This document shows positions 37,189 to 46,802 of a DNA stretch of 64,000 bases, piece by piece. The notes under the pieces were generated by a model. That model did no database searches. It had not been told where the DNA came from and saw nothing but the letters and a program-made list of their open reading frames with translations. The stretch spans positions 358,439 to 422,438 of the forward strand of contig CAXNGS010000001.1 of assembly GCA_964202055.1 (NCBI GenBank), given 5' to 3'. Made by a program: the position numbers and the translations under genes. This DNA is from Bdellovibrionota bacterium. Lineage in GTDB: Bacteria > Bdellovibrionota > UBA2428. Each line of letters opens with the position of its first letter. The first letter of the stretch is position 1.

Positions 37189-37845
37189 TTATCTCATCAA
37201 TGCCTTGATCACGGTCTGCGCCGATTCAAGCTTGTGATCCTCCAGAGAATCCAAGAAAGCGGCGCATTGCTCGATCATTTCGTCTCTAAGAACCTCCATT
37301 TTCATAAGCTTATCGAACTCTAAAACTGGCAATCCCAGTCTTCGAACAATGTGCTCAATTCGAGGTCTCGGGAGCTCGATTCGGCCGTTCTCGATCTGTC
37401 CGAAGATCGAAGTCGCGTACCCACAAAGGTGAGCCGCTTGGTATTGAGTCAGCCCCATTCGCTTTCTCAAAATGCGGATCACCCGGACCTCCTTTATTAT
37501 TTTCTTATATGTATTTCGCCGTGGTTTGGGAGGCACCCTCGGCCTCTTTTCGAGAGCAATTTTTTTCAGCTCATGGAGGATTTCCCGCGCGTTGATTCTG
37601 TTTTTTTCGTAGTCCTCCATCGTGTATCCAAGTGCGTTGGCGTAGCGTTCAATGCGCCCCGGTTTCATAAAGCAACGCCCATTTTCTAGCTGTTCAAAGG
37701 CGCGTGCCGACACGCCGCAAAGTGCGCCAGCCTCTTTCCGGGTAAGACCTTTCAGAAGGCGCAAGGCCTTCATGGTTCGTGAAATATCCGTGATTAAATG
37801 ACGCCGAATTCTAGCCTTCCGGGGGGTGTTAATTGCAGTTGTCTT
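37189..37845 (-). CDS. Double-XRE helix-turn-helix regulator (copy 2)
   Basis: Two HTH units; C-terminal half nearly identical to 34020..34661 (IFGQIENGRIELPR.RIEHIV, EVLRDEMIEQC, SAQTVI.ALMR). Confidence 0.85.
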   Translation of the reverse strand, partial: KTTAINTPRKARIRRHLITDISRTMKALRLLKGLTRKEAGALCGVSARAFEQLENGRCFMKPGRIERYANALGYTMEDYEKNRINAREILHELKKIALEKRPRVPPKPRRNTYKKIIKEVRVIRILRKRMGLTQYQAAHLCGYATSIFGQIENGRIELPRPRIEHIVRRLGLPVLEFDKLMKMEVLRDEMIEQCAAFLDSLEDHKLESAQTVIKALMR

Positions 37846-38023
37846 CATTTCAATTTCTCCTTTCAAGTTTGGAAATTAAAGGAGGAATGGCCTGTAACTG
37901 GTGAAACAACCCTGGCGAGTGCCCATAGCAGTTCCGTAAATCAATTGATTTGCAACTTTGCTAGAGGCTTTCGGACGTCCTGCTATTGCAAAATTGTCGC
38001 TGGGAACTCGCCGCTATTCGCTT

Positions 38024-38051
38024 AGCCAAAGCAAAGCCAAGATAAAGCCAA
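38024..38051. repeat. Three AGCCAA units at exact 11-bp period (integrase arm-site-like)
   Basis: AGCCAA at 38024, 38035 and 38046, about 130 bp from the tRNA-Ala 3' end. Confidence 0.65.
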
Positions 38052-38175
38052 CCAGAGTTTGGAGGAGTTAGTTTCCGTTAGGTTTAAGAAGGGAAAACAA
38101 CAGTAAGCACTCGATCTAATGGATAGTGGTTACGTGTATTTAGTCAACAGAGGCCACTTTGAAGCCTCTTCTTAA

Positions 38176-38252
38176 TGGTGGACCCAGACGGGATCGAACC
38201 GACGACCTCCTGAATGCAAATCAGGCGCTCTCCCAAACTGAGCTATGGGCCC
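38176..38252 (-). tRNA. tRNA-Ala(TGC)
   Basis: GGGCCCATAGCTCAGTTTGGGAGAGCGCCTGATTTGCATTCAGGAGGTCGTCGGTTCGATCCCGTCTGGGTCCACCA; G3:U70 pair, encoded CCA. Confidence 0.97.
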
Positions 38253-38272
38253 ACTTATTGATGACTTTCAGT

Positions 38273-38301
38273 GATTTAGGGGTCGTGCTGGGCCTTGTCA
38301 A
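38273..38301 (-). promoter_or_regulatory. sigma70 promoter of tRNA-Ala
   Basis: TTGACA-17 bp-TAAATC on the minus strand, 20 nt before the tRNA 5' end. Confidence 0.6.
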
Positions 38302-38365
38302 TACACAAGCTTAGGAATTTACAAAAGAGCGGCTAATGGCTCCCATGTGCCCCTATAAAACCCGA

Positions 38366-39358
38366 TCACTCCTCGGGGGGAAACAAAATCGACTGCGGGG
38401 CGGTCAACTTTTTCTTTTTGAATTCGCGGAATCCGCTGGGCTTTACCGTACCAAACAATCCATTAAGGCTGGTGCCCGAATTAATCGAGTCCTCAGTTTC
38501 TTTGTCGACCTTGATTTTGCCGGCCAATTCGCCGGCTGGGAACATCATTCCTAAAACGGGCTGCATTTTGAATTTGCCTTTGAAGTCCCCATAAATTTGC
38601 TGGTTTTTTTCCGAGCCGAGTTTGAAGGATTTCAATTCGACTGCGCCTTCTTTGGCGTATAAATCAATCGATGCGGTTTGCACGGGGATACTTGGCAGCG
38701 CAAATCCCATGTTGGGATCGTTGAAGGGTGGGGTTCGAAATTTTGTGAAGTCTAACGTTAGGTCCAATTCGCCGGGCAGTCCGTAACGATCGGATCCTGC
38801 TAAATCCGAAGTTTTGATGCTGCCGTTGGCGATGCCTTTGATTCCAGAAATTCCCAGAGCTTCACCAAAAACCGACAAATCCACATCGTCAAGGTTTACG
38901 AAAATTGTGGGCTTTGAAATTTTAAAAGGAAATCCGCTGCGAATCGTGATCAAGACTGTGCCCGCGCCATTTTTTTTGCAAACGACGGCGGTTTGCAACT
39001 GCAAAAAAAACAAGCGCCAAATTTGCGGGCTGATTTTCACGCTGTCACATTCCAATGATTTATTTAAACTCAAATCATAACGAAAGGCTTTAGCGGACAG
39101 TCCCAAGAGTCCGCCCTCGGGGAAGACGCCGCGGCCAATGCCGATCGGGCCCATACTGACTCGCAGTCCGGCTTTGCGGGCTTGGTCGACGATGACGCCT
39201 TGGAATCGATCGACTGGCAAAAATAAAATCAACCCAAATACAAAAAGAATCGTGAAAGAAATCCACGGGGTTTTGAGCTTTTGAATTCCGTTTTTAATAA
39301 AATCCGGAAATTCCATGTTGGACACCGCTTGAAAAAAGTTTCGTAAAAATTCCTTCAT
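38366..39358 (-). CDS. gspN: Type II secretion protein GspN
   Basis: N-terminal TM (LFLP), beta-rich AsmA-like body; last gene of the gsp operon. Confidence 0.7.
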   Translation of the reverse strand: MKEFLRNFFQAVSNMEFPDFIKNGIQKLKTPWISFTILFVFGLILFLPVDRFQGVIVDQARKAGLRVSMGPIGIGRGVFPEGGLLGLSAKAFRYDLSLNKSLECDSVKISPQIWRLFFLQLQTAVVCKKNGAGTVLITIRSGFPFKISKPTIFVNLDDVDLSVFGEALGISGIKGIANGSIKTSDLAGSDRYGLPGELDLTLDFTKFRTPPFNDPNMGFALPSIPVQTASIDLYAKEGAVELKSFKLGSEKNQQIYGDFKGKFKMQPVLGMMFPAGELAGKIKVDKETEDSINSGTSLNGLFGTVKPSGFREFKKKKLTAPQSILFPPEE

Positions 39359-40209
39359 ATATCGCCGTTCTCTTCAAAGACCGGAGGATTGTCATCGAAG
39401 CTTTCGTCAAAGTTAGGCGGCGGTGGCGGTGGGTTATCATTGAATTCAACCGGTGGTGGTGGCACTTGGTTGGGATCGGAATCAAAATAGTCCGGATTGT
39501 CGCCGCCACCAAAGTGCGAAGTTTCGCCGTTGGGATTTGAGGTGCCCTCGGGGTTGTGAGTGGTGCCCTCGAAGTCATTGTCGTGGCTGCCGAAATCTTC
39601 GCTGCCGGGAATGGCGGCGGGAATGAAGGCCGCTATGCTTAGGCTCAAGCGATCAGGATTTTTGCCGTGAATTTTTATTTCTAAATTTTCAGTGCGCACC
39701 GCTGGATGCCAACCATCGAATTGAAAAGTAATGGCAAGCGCTTGGCGTAGAGTCAATTCTTCAATGTTCAAATTAAAGCGATCAAGGCCGTCGGCTTGGG
39801 CCACGAACAATTCATCGGGAACGCCAATGTTAGCCAAATATTCGCGCATGCTATTTTCAAGTTCCGCGGAACTGGAAGCCGGCAAGCTTTGCCAAGTCGA
39901 TGGCTTCGGTGCTTGTGACACCACTTCGGATCCTTTGGCCGCGATTAATTGCAACTGAAAAGCCGCTTCATCAAAAGTTTTAATATCGGATTTACTTGAA
40001 TAGCTTTTCATCAGTGGCGAGAAAAGCGTCACGATTGCTAGCGCAAAACATCCAAAGCGTAGGATGCCACGGGCAAGCGCTTGCTTGGATGGATCAAGTC
40101 CTTCGTAAAAAATCAGAATCCGTTCAAAAATCGAAGACTCTTCGATTTTGGCGAGCAAACTTTTAATGGCTTCGTTTATTTTTCCAAGGATTTCCCAAAC
40201 GCGGTTCAT
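39355..40209 (-). CDS. gspM: GspM-like inner-membrane platform protein with acidic Pro-rich tail
   Basis: Position between gspL and gspN; single TM helix. Confidence 0.55.
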   Translation of the reverse strand: MNRVWEILGKINEAIKSLLAKIEESSIFERILIFYEGLDPSKQALARGILRFGCFALAIVTLFSPLMKSYSSKSDIKTFDEAAFQLQLIAAKGSEVVSQAPKPSTWQSLPASSSAELENSMREYLANIGVPDELFVAQADGLDRFNLNIEELTLRQALAITFQFDGWHPAVRTENLEIKIHGKNPDRLSLSIAAFIPAAIPGSEDFGSHDNDFEGTTHNPEGTSNPNGETSHFGGGDNPDYFDSDPNQVPPPPVEFNDNPPPPPPNFDESFDDNPPVFEENGDI

Positions 40210-41882
40210 TTTTTGCTACCTCCGCTTGATTTGCGCGAAGTCCAATTGGCGCTGATCGAGAGATCTCCGCTTTTCACATCAGTGTTGATCTTTGAATAAC
40301 CTTTGGACTGCAGGGCTTTGCCAATTCTGGTTTTTTCAGTCTGATCATTCACATTGCTTAAGCTGGCGCTCACTGAGCTGACGCTGTCTAGGTCTTTGTA
40401 GAGCATGCTCTTTAAAGTAGAGCCCTTGGGCTGCAGTCGAGTCAGGTCGAGCAAAACTTCGCTACTGGCGCGGCCGGTGGGGGCGGGGCCTTGTTCAGCT
40501 TTGCGGCGGCGCGAGCTTACGATTTTTCCGACCAGCTCTTTGGTTTTCGAGCGCGAGTCTAAAATGCCGCTGCGCTTAGCGCTATCTCCCATCATGGGAT
40601 CGGCTTTGCGAAGTTCGGCGAGTAATTGCGTTCGGCTTTCCTCAAGCCGCGAGCCTAAAAGCTTGGCGCTGATTTGGCCGTAAACGATGACCGCTAAAAA
40701 CAGTCCGGCTAAATGCAAAACCGGCCTGCGATTTTGCGGCGCTAAAAACTTCGCGTAGGTTTCACTTAATACTTTGCGATTGGGGTTTGTAGTGCGCTTA
40801 AAATTCAGCCAATTTTTGCGATCATTGCGGCAAAAATAAGAAGCCAATGCCAATGCCGAAGCAAATCCCCGATTGTCGGATTCCGACGGCGCGTAACGTT
40901 CGGTGCCGAATCCAATGGCGATTGGCCAACTCGAAACGCTCAGTCGTAATTCGTGGGCTAAGAATTCTTTTAAGCCCGCGATTTGCACCATGCCGCCGGT
41001 TAAATACAAAGTCTTCGGCACCACGCCGCTTTGAACGCGCGAGGCTTGGAAAGTTTGATAGAGCTCCACTACCCAAGGTCGCAGCGCGCTTTTCACATCG
41101 TCGCTTAAATCTTGTTTGATTGATTTTAAATCATTGGCTGAAGTTTGAATTTCCGCACGATGGATGAGCCAGCTCTTCGATTCTTCAAGCGAAACTTTGC
41201 GACGTTCGGAAATGTATTGAATCCATTCGTTGCTGCCGCGTTCGATGCGGCGAAGTTCCAAGACTTCGCCGGGAAAGGGATCAAGCCCTTTCTCTTTGTA
41301 AAGTGAGTGAATGTTACGGCCCTTGATGATCGAAATTCGCGAATGAGTTAAGCCCACATCGCAAAGCGCATAGGGCTCGTCGGTTTCAGCAGCCGGTAAT
41401 TTTTGGCCCAACGCTAATTCCGCCAAAGCTTGAGTGTCGTCGAGATAGGCCGCCGGCTGAATCCCGATTTGATTCATCAGTGCGTTGATTTTTTCAACTT
41501 GTTCTTTGGGAACCACGCCCACTAAAAATTCGTAGACGTTGCCTAATTTTCCAAGCGGGCGAATGTCGATCACAAAATCATCAAGCGAAAGCGGCAATTG
41601 GTCTTCTAACTCCGACATCACCGCGAGGCGTAAGCGCTTGGCGTCTTTAAAGGGAAATTGCATTTTGCGAATGATCGAGTTGGTGTTGCCAATGCCGATC
41701 GCCACGCGGGCGGTCGACACGTGAGTCGAGCGAATGAAGTTGTCGATCAGGGTCGCTTCGTTGGAGTCATGAGTGCGCGCTAATTCGTACAGCCCGATGA
41801 TCTCTTGGCCTTTGGGCGTGAAATCAATTTCCGCGACTTTGATGCTGACGGTTCCAATGTCGATTCCTAATGCGCGGCTCAT
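40206..41882 (-). CDS. gspL: GspL (PilM-like actin-fold N-terminus plus TM and periplasmic domain)
   Basis: LGIDIGTVSIKV, DVG, LYLTGG...GL, LNF motif before the TM helix; operon position. Confidence 0.75.
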   Translation of the reverse strand: MSRALGIDIGTVSIKVAEIDFTPKGQEIIGLYELARTHDSNEATLIDNFIRSTHVSTARVAIGIGNTNSIIRKMQFPFKDAKRLRLAVMSELEDQLPLSLDDFVIDIRPLGKLGNVYEFLVGVVPKEQVEKINALMNQIGIQPAAYLDDTQALAELALGQKLPAAETDEPYALCDVGLTHSRISIIKGRNIHSLYKEKGLDPFPGEVLELRRIERGSNEWIQYISERRKVSLEESKSWLIHRAEIQTSANDLKSIKQDLSDDVKSALRPWVVELYQTFQASRVQSGVVPKTLYLTGGMVQIAGLKEFLAHELRLSVSSWPIAIGFGTERYAPSESDNRGFASALALASYFCRNDRKNWLNFKRTTNPNRKVLSETYAKFLAPQNRRPVLHLAGLFLAVIVYGQISAKLLGSRLEESRTQLLAELRKADPMMGDSAKRSGILDSRSKTKELVGKIVSSRRRKAEQGPAPTGRASSEVLLDLTRLQPKGSTLKSMLYKDLDSVSSVSASLSNVNDQTEKTRIGKALQSKGYSKINTDVKSGDLSISANWTSRKSSGGSKK

Positions 41883-41919
41883 GATATGTGACTCGTTTCA
41901 CTCATGTACTTCACTTTTT

Positions 41920-43137
41920 TCATTGTGCTTCCTCCACATAGATTACCTGAGGATCCGTTAATTTGGCGTCTTTCAGCTTAGTATCTTGCTTGGCACGTTC
42001 TTCGGGCGAGGCTTTTTCAGGATCGGGGAGCGGCGGCACGAATTCGCTGGGCAAATAGACGCCCAGCTTAACAACCCGCGAAATATCCCCGGCTTCGCCG
42101 CTGCCTTCGATGACAAAACTTTGTTCCTTAGAGTGACTTTTAAGGCCCGCCGGCGTGATGATGAAAGTTCGCCCGCCAGTGATGCCCGGGGTGTTCTTGA
42201 TGAAGCCTTCTAAATCCGCCAAATCGGCAAAGGGCTGCAACCTTCGGCGTTTTTCAATCTGCTGCAAATCTTCGGGCGTTAAATCGGGACCCCACGCTTT
42301 GATACGATTGATAGAAACTTGGTTGGGATTGACCGAAGTTTTGTAATTTAAAATCGAAAAGCTTGCGGCAAAGCGATCGACGAAATCATCGGTCCAACCT
42401 TCAATCATATGCAACTCACTAAGCGAAGCCATTCGATCGTTACGAGCCGAGTAGGGCGGCTTGAGTCGCTCGTACTCAGAGTTTTCGTCGCCACCGTCTT
42501 GCCGATCAAAATCGCTGTCGATCCAGTCAGCGAGTGGGAAAAGTAAATTTTTAGCTTCCATGCCTTTGTAGGGAAGTTTGTCGAAGTCGGTGTTCTGCAC
42601 AAAGCCAAGGATCAAAGATTCGAGTTGGTTATAGACGTCTTCGCTCTCAGCCTTGCCGCTGTTGCGATGGCGATTTTTGTCGAGCAAATTGATGGGGATT
42701 TTAGAGCTCTCGCTACTAATCGAGGCGCTGATTTTTCCGGGCCAATGAGCGGTCGTTTTGTCTTCTTGCAGTGGTAGCGGCGGCAGCGGCATCGACCAAA
42801 TTTGATCGATGAGTTTAGTGTCAAACATTGCCGCGGCGGCCGTGCCCAACACTTGGTTATTAACTTCCTTGAAGATTCGCAGGCGCAGCAAAGATAATTT
42901 AGTCGCGGAATTCGACAAATAATAAGCCTGCAATCGGTGAATCGCGTTGCGCGAAATTTTAGTGTCAACGGAACTTGCCATTACAATTTCTGCCACCACA
43001 ATGATGATGAGCATCATCGAGACGATCACCATAAAAAGCGCGACGCCTTTTTTGCGCGCGGGATTTTGTGAACGCAATTCACCCAAGAATTTACGTACCC
43101 GGCGGATTGCTGGCAGATTTAGCTTTCGGCTGCTCAA
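41920..43137 (-). CDS. gspK: Minor pseudopilin GspK
   Basis: G|VALFMVI, QAYYLS.S, ESSKIPIN, DWIDSD, SELHMIEG. Confidence 0.85.
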   Translation of the reverse strand: MSSRKLNLPAIRRVRKFLGELRSQNPARKKGVALFMVIVSMMLIIIVVAEIVMASSVDTKISRNAIHRLQAYYLSNSATKLSLLRLRIFKEVNNQVLGTAAAAMFDTKLIDQIWSMPLPPLPLQEDKTTAHWPGKISASISSESSKIPINLLDKNRHRNSGKAESEDVYNQLESLILGFVQNTDFDKLPYKGMEAKNLLFPLADWIDSDFDRQDGGDENSEYERLKPPYSARNDRMASLSELHMIEGWTDDFVDRFAASFSILNYKTSVNPNQVSINRIKAWGPDLTPEDLQQIEKRRRLQPFADLADLEGFIKNTPGITGGRTFIITPAGLKSHSKEQSFVIEGSGEAGDISRVVKLGVYLPSEFVPPLPDPEKASPEERAKQDTKLKDAKLTDPQVIYVEEAQ

Positions 43138-43861
43138 ATGACCCCTCCTTGTAAATTCGTTGAGTGATACGGATGGATGATTCTATAGTGACCGGCACTG
43201 GTTTAGCGTCGGGATCGTCTTCAAGCACCGGCGTGAAGACCACTTTGAATTTCACGGCGCCGGGAATTTTATCCAATGTTTCAGCGCGATTGGCGTCCCA
43301 AGAATCTTCCCATCGTTCGCGCTCTTGATCGTAATATTTAAATTCAAGGGTGGTGACCCCCTCGAGCAAAGTGATTTCTTTAAAATTAGTTTCATTGCCG
43401 ATGTCGTCGCGGTTGATAGCCCGCGCGCTTTCGGCGCGTTTTAATTTGCCCGCTTCTAAAACATAGCGTACGAAATGCTGCTCGTTTTCGGGAACGTCTT
43501 GGCTCATGCGCTGGTGCGAACGCGTGGAAATGATGATCTGATTCAAAGTTCCCTGAAAAATCGTAGCGGGAATGGGCTTCACCGGCAGTGGTGTGCCATC
43601 GTCCTTTTCTGCTTGGGTTTGGGGTTGGGGGTTCCAGCCTAAATCCATCGCGGTGATGTAGAAAGCATTTCGCAAATCGCGATCGATGATGGACCATAAG
43701 CTTCGCTGAACTTGGCCTTGGTCGGTGCGGTAATCGATGCGGCCTTTGGCTTCCATCAGTTCACGCACGCTGACAAAGGTCGCGTAGACTAAATAAAAGA
43801 GCAGAAAAATCACCATCAAGACTTCAATCAAAGTGAAACCAGCGGCCTGTGACTTTTTCAT
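43091..43861 (-). CDS. gspJ: Minor pseudopilin GspJ
   Basis: G|FTLIEVLM, IDRDLRNA, W..SWD, PGAVK. Confidence 0.85.
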   Translation of the reverse strand: MKKSQAAGFTLIEVLMVIFLLFYLVYATFVSVRELMEAKGRIDYRTDQGQVQRSLWSIIDRDLRNAFYITAMDLGWNPQPQTQAEKDDGTPLPVKPIPATIFQGTLNQIIISTRSHQRMSQDVPENEQHFVRYVLEAGKLKRAESARAINRDDIGNETNFKEITLLEGVTTLEFKYYDQERERWEDSWDANRAETLDKIPGAVKFKVVFTPVLEDDPDAKPVPVTIESSIRITQRIYKEGSFEQPKAKSASNPPGT

Positions 43862-44439
43862 TCGCTGTCCGTCGTCGTCGTGAGGCTGACTTTTGGATTT
43901 TTAGGAATCAGGTGATTTAAAAGAGTTAGCTTTTGTTTGCCGATGTATTCCCAATTCACTTCAAGCTCGAGCTCGCCGAAATTAGCTTCGACGTTTTTAT
44001 TCAAATTAGTGATCAATAATTTTTGCTGCTCGATTTGGGCTAACGCTTCGTCTTTGTCCATGCCCAACTCGACTAAAAATTTCGTAAGTAATTTTGCGGT
44101 GAACTTGATGGTGGGCGCGTGAAACTTCATGGTCCAACTGTAGTCTTGATAGGGCTCGTCGAATTTGCCGGCCTCTTCCAGGTAGCTGGGCTCGACCCCA
44201 TTTTTATCAATGGTGGTTTGCAGTTTCATTTCGAGATCGGTCATTTTACTTTGCAGCAATCGAATCGCAATGTCTCGGCGCATGTTTTGCCGGACGTTTC
44301 GTTCGCTGTCGCTTTTAGAAATTGCGAATACGGTGGCGATGATGATGAACAAAATAAAAGCGAGCATCACTTCAATCAAAGTGAATCCGGATTTTTTGCT
44401 TTGATTGCTCGTTATTTGGTTCATTTCAAGAGCGCTCAT
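43858..44439 (-). CDS. gspI: Minor pseudopilin GspI
   Basis: G|FTLIEVMLA; operon position. Confidence 0.75.
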   Translation of the reverse strand: MSALEMNQITSNQSKKSGFTLIEVMLAFILFIIIATVFAISKSDSERNVRQNMRRDIAIRLLQSKMTDLEMKLQTTIDKNGVEPSYLEEAGKFDEPYQDYSWTMKFHAPTIKFTAKLLTKFLVELGMDKDEALAQIEQQKLLITNLNKNVEANFGELELEVNWEYIGKQKLTLLNHLIPKNPKVSLTTTTDSE

Positions 44440-44442
44440 GAT

Positions 44443-45063
44443 TTAGCGGCCCTCGTTTTCGACTTTGATGGTCGTCTTGCCGGTTAATCCGGCAGTGGAG
44501 ATAATGAACTTTTGAATTTTTTCTTGGCCTTCTTCGGAAATTTCAACGCTCGATTCATCGATCATTCCACTGGGAAAAGCGTAGATTGCGACTTCGCCTT
44601 TTTCGATCAAATCATTGCCTTTGCGCCAAGACTTAACGCCGATGATTTTAGTGCCGCTTGGAATTTTCTCAACAACCCGGGCACCCACGGTTTTATAGGT
44701 GGGCTCGGGATTGACTCGGTCTTCTACCCGAAAGCCTTGCATCATCACTCCGGCGCGTTCTTTGTCGATTGGTAGCATTCCATCTTGGGCTCGTTCTAAT
44801 TTCCAAGTTTGCTTGTCGAGGTCGATCACAATTCGGTGAACTTTTCCGCTGAGCATCGCTTCGTCATAAGCAAAGCGCACCAGTGCGGTGTAACGGCGCA
44901 CGCTGGATTTCACACCCACTCGAAAAATCGTGGTGATGTCGGGCATGATCGCGGTGGTGGCATAGGCCAGCAAAACCAGCACGAGCATGACCTCGATCAA
45001 CGTGAAAGCTGCGCGTGAAGAGGGAACATCTCGAGGGCGCCTGCGTTCCATCTTCACACCCAT
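44443..45063 (-). CDS. gspH: Minor pseudopilin GspH
   Basis: A|FTLIEVMLV, FPSG, GLTG; start taken downstream of the gspG stop codon. Confidence 0.75.
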   Translation of the reverse strand: MGVKMERRRPRDVPSSRAAFTLIEVMLVLVLLAYATTAIMPDITTIFRVGVKSSVRRYTALVRFAYDEAMLSGKVHRIVIDLDKQTWKLERAQDGMLPIDKERAGVMMQGFRVEDRVNPEPTYKTVGARVVEKIPSGTKIIGVKSWRKGNDLIEKGEVAIYAFPSGMIDESSVEISEEGQEKIQKFIISTAGLTGKTTIKVENEGR

Positions 45064-45073
45064 CAATCCTTGA

Positions 45074-45556
45074 TCACTCGTCAGCGCTAGAAATGTCTTT
45101 GTCGTCGCCATCTCCGCCTTCTTTGGCATCGGCGCCTAAACTTTTAAGCGTGTATTCAGAGCCTCCAGTGGATTCGTATTTGAAGGGCGTGTTCCATGGA
45201 TCAACCGGAGCTTTTTTCTTGCCGTTCAGGTAGCCCTTGGGCGCGTAATTCAAACATTGGCGTCCGGCAGTGGGTGCTGTTCCCAGAGCTTCTAAGCCTT
45301 GCTCAGTGGTTGGGTAAAAGTTGCAATCCAGTCGAAACAAATCGAGCTGCTGTTGCAAACTTTGAATTGCGAGCTTGGCGGCTTTCTTTTGGCCTCCGGC
45401 AAATACCGAGAATAAATCCTTGGCAAAGAAAGACGCAATGAATCCCACCAGGACTAGGACCAACATGATTTCAATCAGGGTCATGCCTTTCTTGGAATTC
45501 TTTTTTAGGGTTTGTTTCATAACGTTCATCATTTTTTTCTCCTCAACATTTTTCAT
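45074..45556 (-). CDS. gspG: Major pseudopilin GspG
   Basis: G|MTLIEIM, LDLFRLD..FYPTTEQGLEAL, DPW, SLGAD..EGG.G.D.DI. Confidence 0.95.
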   Translation of the reverse strand: MKNVEEKKMMNVMKQTLKKNSKKGMTLIEIMLVLVLVGFIASFFAKDLFSVFAGGQKKAAKLAIQSLQQQLDLFRLDCNFYPTTEQGLEALGTAPTAGRQCLNYAPKGYLNGKKKAPVDPWNTPFKYESTGGSEYTLKSLGADAKEGGDGDDKDISSADE

Positions 45557-45558
45557 TA

Positions 45559-46785
45559 CTACTGCGCAAATTGATTCAATTGCATGAGGGGCCCAAGGAC
45601 CGCCATCATGATAAATCCAACAAAAGCGACCATGAGCACGATCATGATCGGGGATAAAACCGAAGTCATGATTTCCATAGCGGAATCGACTTCGCGGTCA
45701 TAATTTTCAGAAACGTTCGTAAGCATATCCTCAAGCTCGCCGGACTTTTCGCCGACGCCTACCATGTGAATGACAATCGGCGGAAATTCGCCGGTTTGCT
45801 TGAGCGCCAGTCCCAGCGATTTACCTTCTTCGACTTGGCCAGAAACGGTTTCGATCGCTCGTTCAAAGACCGTGTTGTTCACCACGTTTTTAGCAATTTG
45901 CAGCGACACCAGCATCGGAACGCCCGATTGCAAAAGCGTGCCCAAAGTCCGCGAAAATCGCGAAACCGCAATCAAGCGCATCAATCCACCAATCAATGGC
46001 AATTTTAAAAGCAAGCGGTCCTTAGTGTCGCGACCTTTTTCAGTCGCCACAAATCTTTCGAGAAAAACCATCGCGGCCAATCCGCCCATCGCAATCGGCC
46101 AAATGTATTTTTTGAAGAACTCACTCGCCCCAATCAAAAGCCGAGTGGACCAGGGCATCGCTTGATTGAGCGAATCGAAAACTTTGGTGATGTTCGGGAT
46201 AACGAAAGTAAAAATCACAACCATCGCAATCATCGCCACGATCACGATGATGATGGGGTAGGCCAACGCGCCTTGGACCTTTTGTTTTTGCTTTAATTGA
46301 TTTTCGTAAAAATCCGCCAAGCGCATCAAGACCACATCAAGTCTTCCCGAGCTTTCCCCGGCGCGAACCATGTTGACGTAAACTCGATTGAAAAGTTTGG
46401 GAAATTGCGCGAAGGAATCGCCTAGTGACTTACCTTCCTTGACGCTTTGGCGTATCGACATCAAAACTTTTTTAGTTTTGGCTTTTTCGGTTTGATCGAC
46501 CAGTGCTGATAAACTTTCCACGATCGGCACGTGCGATTTAACGAGCACCGCAATTTGGCGAGTGAGGCTGGCGATTTCATTTGAGCTCAACCCGCCCATG
46601 CTGCTGAAACCTGTTGGCGCTTCTTTTTGCTTGGCGATTTCTTTGCCGTCGGACACCCGAACGTCGAGCGGAATCATTCCGCGCTTTTTGGCCTCAAGTC
46701 GCGCGTTGCGCGTGGAATCCGACTCGATGAAAATCTTCATCGACTTTCCGGCTTTGTCGGTTCCAATGACTTCGTACTGGGCCAT
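45559..46785 (-). CDS. gspF: Type II secretion inner-membrane protein GspF
   Basis: AGESSGRLD, ALAYP, RFSRTLGTLL.SGVP, GEKSGELE.ML. Confidence 0.95.
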   Translation of the reverse strand: MAQYEVIGTDKAGKSMKIFIESDSTRNARLEAKKRGMIPLDVRVSDGKEIAKQKEAPTGFSSMGGLSSNEIASLTRQIAVLVKSHVPIVESLSALVDQTEKAKTKKVLMSIRQSVKEGKSLGDSFAQFPKLFNRVYVNMVRAGESSGRLDVVLMRLADFYENQLKQKQKVQGALAYPIIIVIVAMIAMVVIFTFVIPNITKVFDSLNQAMPWSTRLLIGASEFFKKYIWPIAMGGLAAMVFLERFVATEKGRDTKDRLLLKLPLIGGLMRLIAVSRFSRTLGTLLQSGVPMLVSLQIAKNVVNNTVFERAIETVSGQVEEGKSLGLALKQTGEFPPIVIHMVGVGEKSGELEDMLTNVSENYDREVDSAMEIMTSVLSPIMIVLMVAFVGFIMMAVLGPLMQLNQFAQ

Positions 46786-46802
46786 TTATTAAATCTCCAA
46801 AC

